Positions 25,445 to 32,000 of a DNA stretch of 32,000 bases are shown here, piece after piece (positions within the stretch are counted from its first letter, which is position 1; the number at the start of each line of letters is the position of its first letter). The notes beneath the pieces are model-generated. The model was not told where the DNA came from and made no database searches. It was given only the letters and a program-made list of their open reading frames with translations. This stretch comes from Rhodobacter capsulatus SB 1003 (lineage in GTDB: Bacteria > Pseudomonadota > Alphaproteobacteria > Rhodobacterales > Rhodobacteraceae). The position numbers were made by a program, and so were the translations under genes. The stretch is from NCBI RefSeq assembly GCF_000021865.1, contig NC_014034.1, positions 1,620,001-1,652,000 on the forward strand, in the 5' to 3' direction.

Positions 25445-26044
25445 ATGAGCGAAAAGCTGCAAGACCTCGCGGCGCATGTCGCGCAACAGCGTCCGGGCGA
25501 CGTGATTTCGGCCGAAGTGGTGCAGGGCGAGCTGACGGTGACCGTCAAGCCCGAGGGGATCGCCGATTTCGTGCGCTTCCTGCGCGATGATGCCGGGTGC
25601 CGCTTCACCACGCTGGTCGATCTGACCGCCGTCGACTGGCCCGAGCGGGTCGAGCGTTTCGAGATGGTCTGGCATTTCCTCTCGATGTGGAAGAACCAGC
25701 GCATCCGCGTCAAGGCCGGTCTGGCCGAAGACGCCATGTGCCCCTCGATCGTGGAGGTCTATCCGGCGGCGAACTGGTACGAGCGCGAAGTCTTCGACAT
25801 GTTCGGCATCCTGTTCTCGGGCCACCCGGACCTGCGGCGGCTGCTGACCGACTACGGCTTCCGCGGCCATCCGCTGCGCAAGGATTTCCCGACGACGGGC
25901 TATATCGAGCTGCGCTACGACGAGGTGCAAAAGCGCGTCGTCTACGAGCCGGTGAAGCTGGCGCAGGAATACCGGCAATTCGATTTCCTCAGCCCGTGGG
26001 AAGGCGCGCAAAGCGTGCTTCCGGGCGACGAGAAGCGCAGCTGA
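25445..26044 (+). CDS. nuoC: NADH-quinone oxidoreductase subunit C (199 aa)
   Basis: The NuoC/30-kDa signature is [30 protein letters not shown] at 25432-25438 favours the ATG at 25445 over 25439. Confidence 0.93.
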   Translation: MSEKLQDLAAHVAQQRPGDVISAEVVQGELTVTVKPEGIADFVRFLRDDAGCRFTTLVDLTAVDWPERVERFEMVWHFLSMWKNQRIRVKAGLAEDAMCPSIVEVYPAANWYEREVFDMFGILFSGHPDLRRLLTDYGFRGHPLRKDFPTTGYIELRYDEVQKRVVYEPVKLAQEYRQFDFLSPWEGAQSVLPGDEKRS

Positions 26045-26089
26045 TCCGGCATCGGAACGGCTGAGGCAAGCAGCACAAGGGGAAGAGGC

Positions 26090-27331
26090 ATGGACGGCGA
26101 CATCCGGCACAACAGCTACGACGACGGCTCGGAAGACGTGCTGACCGGCGAGCAGAGCATCCGCAACTTCAACATCAACTTCGGCCCGCAACACCCTGCG
26201 GCGCACGGGGTTTTGCGGATGGTGCTGGAACTTGACGGGGAAATCGTCGAACGCGCCGATCCGCATATCGGGCTGTTGCACCGCGGCACCGAGAAGCTGA
26301 TGGAAAGCCGGACCTATCTGCAGAACACGCCCTATTTCGACCGGCTCGACTATGTGGCGCCGATGAACCAGGAACATGCCTGGTGCCTGGCGATCGAGAA
26401 GCTGACGGGGACCGCCGTGCCGCGCCGCGCCTCGATCATCCGGGTGCTGTTTTCGGAAATCGGCCGCATCCTGAACCACCTGCTGAACGTCACCACGCAG
26501 GCGATGGACGTCGGCGCGCTGACGCCGCCGCTCTGGGGCTTCGAGGAACGCGAAAAGCTGATGATCTTCTACGAACGGGCCTGTGGCGCGCGTCTGCACG
26601 CGAACTACTTCCGCCCGGGCGGGGTGCATCAGGATCTGCCGCCCGATCTGATCGACGATATCGAGATCTGGGCCAAGGCCTTCCCGCAGGTGCTCGACGA
26701 CATCGAGGGCTTGCTGACCGAAAACCGGATCTTCAAGCAGCGCAACGCCGATATCTGCATCATCACCGAAGCCGAGATCGAGAAATGGGGCTATTCGGGC
26801 GTGATGGTCCGCGGCTCGGGCCTGGCCTGGGATTTGCGCCGTGCGCAACCCTATGAATGCTATGACGAATTCGACTTCAAAGTGGCCGTGGGCAAGAATG
26901 GCGACTGCTATGACCGCTATCTGGTCCGCATGGCCGAAATGCGCGAGTCGACCAAGATCATCCTGCAGGCCTGCGCGAAACTGCGCGCGCCGGACGGTCA
27001 GGGCGACATTCTTGCGCGCGGCAAGCTGACGCCGCCGAAACGGGCCGAGATGAAGACCTCGATGGAGGCGCTCATCCACCATTTCAAGCTTTACACCGAG
27101 GGCTTCAAGGTCCCCGCGGGCGAGGTCTATGCCGCGGTGGAGGCGCCCAAGGGCGAATTCGGCGTCTATCTGGTCGCCGATGGCACGAACAAACCCTATC
27201 GCGCCAAGATCCGCGCGCCGGGCTATGCGCATCTGCAATCGATCGATGCCGTCGCCAAGGGACACCAACTGGCGGATGTGTCCGCCATCATCGGCACGAT
27301 GGATGTCGTGTTCGGGGAGATTGACCGCTGA
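26090..27331 (+). CDS. nuoD: NADH-quinone oxidoreductase subunit D (413 aa)
   Basis: [14 protein letters not shown]...[12 protein letters not shown] and the C-terminal ...[12 protein letters not shown] are the NuoD/49-kDa signatures. Confidence 0.97.
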   Translation: MDGDIRHNSYDDGSEDVLTGEQSIRNFNINFGPQHPAAHGVLRMVLELDGEIVERADPHIGLLHRGTEKLMESRTYLQNTPYFDRLDYVAPMNQEHAWCLAIEKLTGTAVPRRASIIRVLFSEIGRILNHLLNVTTQAMDVGALTPPLWGFEEREKLMIFYERACGARLHANYFRPGGVHQDLPPDLIDDIEIWAKAFPQVLDDIEGLLTENRIFKQRNADICIITEAEIEKWGYSGVMVRGSGLAWDLRRAQPYECYDEFDFKVAVGKNGDCYDRYLVRMAEMRESTKIILQACAKLRAPDGQGDILARGKLTPPKRAEMKTSMEALIHHFKLYTEGFKVPAGEVYAAVEAPKGEFGVYLVADGTNKPYRAKIRAPGYAHLQSIDAVAKGHQLADVSAIIGTMDVVFGEIDR

Positions 27332-28500
27332 TGCTGCGCCGCTTGCACGCCACCCAACCCGACAGCTTCGCCTTTACCCCCGCCAACCGCGCCTGGGCGG
27401 AAGCGCAGATCACCAAATACCCCGAGGGCCGTCAGGCCTCGGCGGTGATCCCGCTCTTGTTCCGCGCGCAGGAACAGGAAGGCTGGCTGACGAAGCCCGC
27501 GATCGAATACGTGGCCGACCTGCTCGACATGCCCTATATCCGCGTGCTCGAAGTGGCGTCCTTCTACTTCATGTTCCAGCTGCAGCCCACGGGCTCGGTC
27601 GCGCATATTCAGGTCTGCGGCACCACCAGCTGCATGATCATGGGCTCGGAAAACCTGATCGAGGTCTGCAAGCGCAAGATCTCGCATCATCCGCATGCGC
27701 TTTCCGCCGATGGCAAGTTCAGCTGGGAAGAGGTCGAATGTCTGGGCGCCTGTGCCAATGCGCCGATGGCCCAGATCGGCAAGGATTACTTCGAAGACCT
27801 GACCGAGGCGGGGCTGGAGCGGCTGATCGACGATCTGGCGGCGGGCAAGGCGCCGGTGCCGGGGTCGGAAATCGGGCGCTTCGGGGCGGAACCGGCCACC
27901 GGCCTGACCAGCTGCACGACGACCTCCGGCGCGCGCGAGGCGCAGAACGGCTCGGTCGCGCGGGCGGTTGCGGTGGGCGATGGCACGCGCCGGATCGACG
28001 GGACCGAGGTGCGGCTTTCCGCCCCATGGCAGGTCTCGGGGCAGATGGGCGCGATCGGTCTGATGACGGCGCGGCCGCGCTCGGCGGTGCAGCAGCAGGC
28101 GGCGGCCGAGGCGGCGAAAGCGGCGGCGGCGGCAGAGTCGGCCGGGGGGACGTCAACCCCGGCTGCACCGGTGGCCGGGGCGGCGGGGAAAGCCGCACAA
28201 ACGGCTGAAACCGCTGCGCAGAAACCGCTTGCGCTGGTTGCACCCCGCGACGGCAAGGCCGATGAGCTGCAGAAGATCGAGAGCATCGGACCGGCGCTCG
28301 AGGCGCTTCTGCACGATCTGGGCATCTTCCATTTCGACCAGATCGCCGCCTGGGGCGCGGGCGAAATTGCCTGGATGGACGGCAATCTGAAGGGCTTTCC
28401 GGGGCGCGCCAGTGGCGACCGCTGGGTGGTTCAGGCGAAGATCATCGTCGAGGAAGGGCTTGACCGTTTCCTCGAACGGGCGAAGACAAACAATTACTGA
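27331..28500 (+). CDS. nuoE: NADH-quinone oxidoreductase subunit E with a C-terminal extension of about 190 aa (389 aa total)
   Basis: The start overlaps the nuoD stop (TGATG). The canonical 24-kDa-type [2Fe-2S] motifs VCGTTSCM and [10 protein letters not shown] fall in the first ~190 aa. An Ala-rich linker and a conserved-looking terminal domain follow. Confidence 0.93.
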   Translation: MLRRLHATQPDSFAFTPANRAWAEAQITKYPEGRQASAVIPLLFRAQEQEGWLTKPAIEYVADLLDMPYIRVLEVASFYFMFQLQPTGSVAHIQVCGTTSCMIMGSENLIEVCKRKISHHPHALSADGKFSWEEVECLGACANAPMAQIGKDYFEDLTEAGLERLIDDLAAGKAPVPGSEIGRFGAEPATGLTSCTTTSGAREAQNGSVARAVAVGDGTRRIDGTEVRLSAPWQVSGQMGAIGLMTARPRSAVQQQAAAEAAKAAAAAESAGGTSTPAAPVAGAAGKAAQTAETAAQKPLALVAPRDGKADELQKIESIGPALEALLHDLGIFHFDQIAAWGAGEIAWMDGNLKGFPGRASGDRWVVQAKIIVEEGLDRFLERAKTNNY

Positions 28501-28599
28501 AGACGGAATACTGATCTGAAGACTTGAACGACAACCTACAGAGGCCGGGACGGCGTGACGTCCGCCACCCGGCACGGAAAGAGGGAAAGGAAAGGCAAA

Positions 28600-29043
28600 A
28601 TGTCGACGAACGACACAGACTGCCAGACGAAAGCCCGCAAGCTGGGTGGTTGGCTCGGAGCCGCGATTTTCTTTGCACTTTGGCTTCTGGGTTCGGTGGG
28701 GATCTGGATGGCGGCGATCGCCGGGGTGATCTCTGCGCTGATCCTGGCACGGCTGATCTGCTGGGCGACCTGCGGTCTGCCCGAGCCGAAAGCGCCGATG
28801 TCGGCCGAGGAAGGCGCCGCGCTGCGTCGGGCCGTTCCGGCCGCGGCGCCGACGGCGGCGGTGAAAGTGGCCGAGGCGCCGAAACCGGCGCCGAAAGCCG
28901 CCGAGCCGGTCAAGGCCGCGCCCGTGGCGGCGCCGGTCAAGACGCCCGAGCCGGTGGCCGCGGTGGCTGAAGCGCCGAAACCGGCGGCGAAGCCCGCCCC
29001 GGCGCCCGCGCCGAAAGGCAAGTCGAAGCCCCGTCGCGGCTGA
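28600..29043 (+). CDS. Unidentified ORF in the nuo operon: small membrane protein with an Ala/Pro/Lys-rich tail (147 aa)
   Basis: The ATG at 28600 follows GAGGGAAAGGAAAGG. There are two hydrophobic segments (LGGWLGAAIFFALWLLGSVGIW and AAIAGVISALILARLICWA). The tail repeats VAEAPKPA twice. GC3 is consistent with coding. Confidence 0.65.
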   Translation: MSTNDTDCQTKARKLGGWLGAAIFFALWLLGSVGIWMAAIAGVISALILARLICWATCGLPEPKAPMSAEEGAALRRAVPAAAPTAAVKVAEAPKPAPKAAEPVKAAPVAAPVKTPEPVAAVAEAPKPAAKPAPAPAPKGKSKPRRG

Positions 29044-29092
29044 GACAGACCCCGCCCGGCGCCTGGGGAGAGGCGCTGACGCGGCAGAAACC

Positions 29093-29118
29093 ATCCCGAG
29101 CCCTGCGGGGCTCGGGAT
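29093..29118 (+). other. Strong intercistronic RNA hairpin (11-bp stem, UGCG loop) in the urf-nuoF spacer
   Basis: ATCCCGAGCCC-TGCG-GGGCTCGGGAT. Further stems lie at 29175-29188 (ATCGG-ACAG-CCGAT) and 29196-29212 (GGGCCGG-ACA-CCGGCCC). None is followed by a U-tract. Confidence 0.45.
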
Positions 29119-29235
29119 GTCCCGGACCAGATCCGGAAGCGCCGGGCTGCGGCCTGACGAGGGAGACCGTGTGTATCGGACAGCCGATGCCGCGCGGGCC
29201 GGACACCGGCCCCCGCCGAAACCGAGGGAATGGAC

Positions 29236-30531
29236 ATGCTCAACGATCACGATCGCATCTTCACCAACATCTACGGGATGCACGACCGCTCGCTGAAGGG
29301 CGCGATGGCGCGTGGTCACTGGGATGGCACGGCGGCGATCCTTGGCAATGGCCGCGACTGGATCATCGAGCAGGTCAAGGCCTCGGGGCTGCGCGGCCGC
29401 GGCGGTGCGGGCTTTCCGACCGGGCTCAAGTGGTCCTTCATGCCGAAGCAATCCGACGGGCGCCCCTCGTTTCTGGTGATCAACGCCGATGAATCCGAGC
29501 CGGGCACCTGCAAGGACCGCGAAATCATGCGCCACGATCCGCATACGCTGATCGAAGGCGCGCTGATCGCCGGTTTCGCCATGGGCGCGCGGGCGGCCTA
29601 TATCTATATTCGCGGCGAATATGTCCGCGAAAAGGAGGCCCTGCAGGCCGCCATCGACGAATGCTACGAGGCCGGGCTGATCGGCAAGAACGCCTGCCGC
29701 TCGGACTATGATTTCGACGTCTATCTGCACCACGGTGCGGGCGCCTATATCTGCGGCGAGGAAACCGCGCTTCTGGAAAGCCTTGAGGGCAAGAAGGGGA
29801 TGCCGCGGATGAAACCGCCGTTCCCGGCGGGCTCGGGGCTTTATGGCTGCCCGACGACGGTGAACAACGTCGAATCCATCGCCGTCGTGCCGACGATCCT
29901 GCGCCGTGGTGGTGCCTGGTTCGCGGGCATCGGGCGGCCGAACAACACCGGCGTCAAGCTGTTCGCGATGTCGGGGCACGTCAACACCCCCTGCGTCGTC
30001 GAAGAAGCCATGTCGATCAGCATGAAGGAGCTGATCGAAAAGCACGGCGGCGGCGTCCGCGGCGGCTGGAAGAACCTGAAAGCGGTGATCCCCGGCGGCG
30101 CCTCCTGCCCGGTCATTCCGGCGCATCTGTGCGAAGACGCGATCATGGATTACGACGGCATGCGCGAAAAGCAGTCGTCCTTCGGCACCGCCTGTCTGAT
30201 CGTGATGGATCAGCAGACCGACATCATCAAGGCGATCGCGCGGCTGTCGAAATTCTTCAAGCACGAGAGCTGCGGCCAGTGCACGCCCTGCCGCGAGGGG
30301 ACCTCGTGGATGTGGCGGGTGATGGAGCGACTGGTCACCGGCGAGGCCGAGGTCGAGGAGATCGACATGCTGTTTTCGGTGACGAAACAGGTCGAGGGCC
30401 ACACGATCTGCGCCCTGGGCGATGCCGCCGCCTGGCCGATCCAGGGGCTGATCCGGCATTACCGCGAGGAGATCGAGGACCGGATCAAGGCGCGCAAGAC
30501 CGGCCGCATGGGCGCGATGGCCGCGGAGTGA
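29236..30531 (+). CDS. nuoF: NADH-quinone oxidoreductase subunit F (431 aa)
   Basis: [16 protein letters not shown] is the FMN/NADH site. [12 protein letters not shown]...[11 protein letters not shown] binds the N3 [4Fe-4S] cluster. GAGGG at 29224-29228 favours the ATG at 29236 (MLNDHDRIF) over 29230. Confidence 0.96.
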   Translation: MLNDHDRIFTNIYGMHDRSLKGAMARGHWDGTAAILGNGRDWIIEQVKASGLRGRGGAGFPTGLKWSFMPKQSDGRPSFLVINADESEPGTCKDREIMRHDPHTLIEGALIAGFAMGARAAYIYIRGEYVREKEALQAAIDECYEAGLIGKNACRSDYDFDVYLHHGAGAYICGEETALLESLEGKKGMPRMKPPFPAGSGLYGCPTTVNNVESIAVVPTILRRGGAWFAGIGRPNNTGVKLFAMSGHVNTPCVVEEAMSISMKELIEKHGGGVRGGWKNLKAVIPGGASCPVIPAHLCEDAIMDYDGMREKQSSFGTACLIVMDQQTDIIKAIARLSKFFKHESCGQCTPCREGTSWMWRVMERLVTGEAEVEEIDMLFSVTKQVEGHTICALGDAAAWPIQGLIRHYREEIEDRIKARKTGRMGAMAAE

Positions 30532-30537
30532 TCTGAG

Positions 30538-31014
30538 ATGGCCACCGGGTCGGGCAGCTTTCACAGGATCACGACGGGGGGGACGGCGACGGTTGCGGCG
30601 CTGGCCTGCGCCTGTCTGCCTGCGCTGGCCGAGGCGCCCGAGTACAGCCTGCGGGCCTCGGGCTACATTCCCGACCTGTCGCGGCATCTGCGCCTGTCCG
30701 AGGGCGTGCGCGGCGCGCGGGTGGACTATTACGGTCAGGTGATGACCGGCGGCCAGCACTGCGAAAGAAATGCGCAGGGGCTGGAGGAATGCCTTTCCTG
30801 GGACGGCTTCGCCTCGGCTTTCGAGGTCGAATACGAGGGCGTCACCGAAACCGACGAGCGCGCGCTCAAAAAGGGCGTGCTGCTGGTGGTCGATGTCGTC
30901 TGCCCCTCGTCGCGGGCGATCTCGCGCGATCCGGCCGAGGTGCGGCGGCTGGCGGCGGGCGTCTATCGGCTGGATCTGGCCTGTCCGCGGGTCAACGAGA
31001 GGAAGGGCTACTGA
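30538..31014 (+). CDS. Unidentified ORF in the nuo operon: putative exported 4-Cys protein (158 aa)
   Basis: The ORF starts 6 nt after the nuoF stop and has a high-GC3 coding signature. A signal-like N-terminus ends ...ACLPALA-EAP. The predicted mature part has four Cys. I recognise no family. Confidence 0.6.
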   Translation: MATGSGSFHRITTGGTATVAALACACLPALAEAPEYSLRASGYIPDLSRHLRLSEGVRGARVDYYGQVMTGGQHCERNAQGLEECLSWDGFASAFEVEYEGVTETDERALKKGVLLVVDVVCPSSRAISRDPAEVRRLAAGVYRLDLACPRVNERKGY

Positions 31015-31298
31015 TGCGGGCGCTGCTGCTTCCCCTTCTGATCGCGGGCTGCGCCGGTGCGGCGCCGCTGCCCGATGGCGGCGCCCGGGCGCCGCGTCTG
31101 GCTGCGGTTGCGGGCTATCAGGGCGCGTTCCTGCCCACGGGCGAGCTGGCCGTGCGCCGCACCGCCATGCCCTTCCGCATGGACGAGGGCGCCGAAGCGA
31201 AACGCGCGGCCAACGCGCTTTGCGGCGGCAAGGTCGTCTCGGGCGATCGTGACAATTTTATCGATGATGTTTGGGTCTTCCCCGGAGGCTGCGCATGA
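31014..31298 (+). CDS. Unidentified ORF in the nuo operon: small lipoprotein (94 aa)
   Basis: The start overlaps the upstream stop (TGATG at 31012-31016) and has GAGAGGAAGGG upstream. MRALLLPLLIAGC carries the lipobox LIAGC. GC3 is consistent with coding. Confidence 0.6.
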   Translation: MRALLLPLLIAGCAGAAPLPDGGARAPRLAAVAGYQGAFLPTGELAVRRTAMPFRMDEGAEAKRAANALCGGKVVSGDRDNFIDDVWVFPGGCA

Positions 31299-32000
31299 CG
31301 ACCGAAGCCAAGAAATCCGCCTGGAAATTCCGGTTCGAAGGCGAGGATGTCGCCGCCGACATCCGCACGAAATATGGCGCGGGCGGCGATCTGGTGGACA
31401 TCTATGCCGCGGCGAACGGCCGCGAGGTGCACAAGTGGCACCATTACCTGCCGATCTATGAGCGCTATTTCGAGAAGTTCCGCGGCAAGCCGGTGCGGAT
31501 GCTGGAAATCGGCACCTGGCGCGGCGGCTCTTTGGCGATGTGGCGCGACTATTTCGGGCCCGAGGCGGTGATCTTTGGCATCGACATCAATCCCCGCTGC
31601 AAGGACTACGACGGCGAGGCGGCGCAGGTGCGCATCGGCTCGCAGGCCGATCCGAAATTCCTGGCCGAGGTGATCGCGGAAATGGGCGGCGTCGACATCA
31701 TTCTGGATGACGGCAGCCATGTGATGAAACATGTCCGCGCCAGCCTGCGCATGCTGTTTCCGCAGCTCGCCGAGGGCGGCGTCTACATGATCGAGGACAT
31801 GCACACCGCCTATTGGAAGAAGTTCGGCGGCGGCATGGACACCTCGGACAACATCTTCAACTTCGTGCGCAAGCTGATCGACGACATGCACCGCTGGTAT
31901 CACGGCGGCAAGCCGCGGGTGCCGCTGTTCGGGCCGATGATCTCGGGCATCCATGTGCATGATTCCATCATCGTTCTGGAAAAGGGCCCGGTGCATCCGC
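31295..32000 (+). CDS. Class I SAM-dependent methyltransferase, 3' end beyond the window (more than 235 aa)
   Basis: It is absent from the ORF track because the frame is still open at the window edge. The ATG at 31295 overlaps the lipoprotein stop (ATGA), with GGAGG 7 nt upstream. My translation: MTTEAKKSAWKF...HKWHHYLPIYERYFEKFRGKPVRMLEIGTWRGGSLAMWRDYFGPEAVIFGIDIN...IILDDGSH...YMIEDMH. SAM motif I is LEIGTWRGGS and the acidic motif is FGIDI. Confidence 0.8.
   Translation, partial: MTTEAKKSAWKFRFEGEDVAADIRTKYGAGGDLVDIYAAANGREVHKWHHYLPIYERYFEKFRGKPVRMLEIGTWRGGSLAMWRDYFGPEAVIFGIDINPRCKDYDGEAAQVRIGSQADPKFLAEVIAEMGGVDIILDDGSHVMKHVRASLRMLFPQLAEGGVYMIEDMHTAYWKKFGGGMDTSDNIFNFVRKLIDDMHRWYHGGKPRVPLFGPMISGIHVHDSIIVLEKGPVHP

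Noticed and set aside
28801-29040. Repetitive GCGCCGAAA/CCGGCG DNA as a possible tandem repeat or CRISPR-like array
   Set aside because: The repeats are in frame and simply encode the Ala/Pro/Lys-rich tail of the urf product. There is no regular repeat-spacer structure.
19972-30759. Long minus-strand ORFs 19972-21876 (634 aa), 22471-23916 (481 aa), 25337-27268 (643 aa) and 28153-30759 (868 aa)
   Set aside because: All are antisense to well-supported mccA, lyase/hydratase and nuoC/D/E/F genes. Their products are Arg/Gly/Pro/His-rich and low in complexity. This is the classic high-GC shadow-ORF artefact.
31118-31996. A 292-aa minus-strand ORF at the right edge
   Set aside because: It is antisense to the methyltransferase frame, which has clear SAM-binding motifs, an RBS and overlap coupling. 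The minus-strand product has no recognisable features.
1-32000. A search for mobile elements, prophage, toxin-antitoxin, restriction or other defence genes, CRISPR arrays and tRNA/rRNA/riboswitch signatures
   Set aside because: I saw no transposase, integrase or recombinase motifs, no repeat-spacer arrays and no tRNA-like T-loop/acceptor patterns. GC content and codon usage look uniform, so the window appears to be core chromosome rather than an accessory island.

Overview
High-GC alphaproteobacterial chromosome segment. Gene content and order look Rhodobacterales-like; from memory, a nuo operon with interspersed unidentified ORFs and an unusually long NuoE fits Rhodobacter capsulatus or a close relative, but I cannot verify this. 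The window is almost entirely core metabolism, and I found no transposase, integrase, CRISPR array, tRNA/rRNA or recognisable defence genes. Left to right: (1) an EF-G-like GTPase paralogue, a lipoprotein, sufE, a C26 glutamine amidotransferase-type hydrolase, and a minus-strand glmU-glmS-DNA alkylation repair operon. (2) A translationally coupled gph-MFS-DegT aminotransferase operon. (3) A signalling cluster made of a periplasmic molybdopterin-oxidoreductase-like protein, a hybrid HK-REC-HPt kinase, a degenerate receiver-like protein, a divergent LuxR/FixJ-type response regulator and an 83-aa ORF. (4) A leucine/isovalerate catabolic (liu) operon, ivd-DUF1311-mccB-mccA-GST-HMG-CoA lyase-methylglutaconyl-CoA hydratase, with most junctions overlapping. 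(5) The start of the complex I operon, nuoA-B-C-D-E-urf-nuoF-urf-urf-methyltransferase. No clear novel system is visible. The most interesting points are: a 12-14 nt palindromic motif shared by three intergenic regions around the two-component genes and the liu promoter region; the exported or membrane URFs and a SAM methyltransferase embedded in the nuo operon; the NuoE C-terminal extension; an EF-G paralogue lacking the catalytic His; and a 23-bp perfect hairpin element inside the liu operon. Many very long track ORFs are antisense artefacts of the high GC content.
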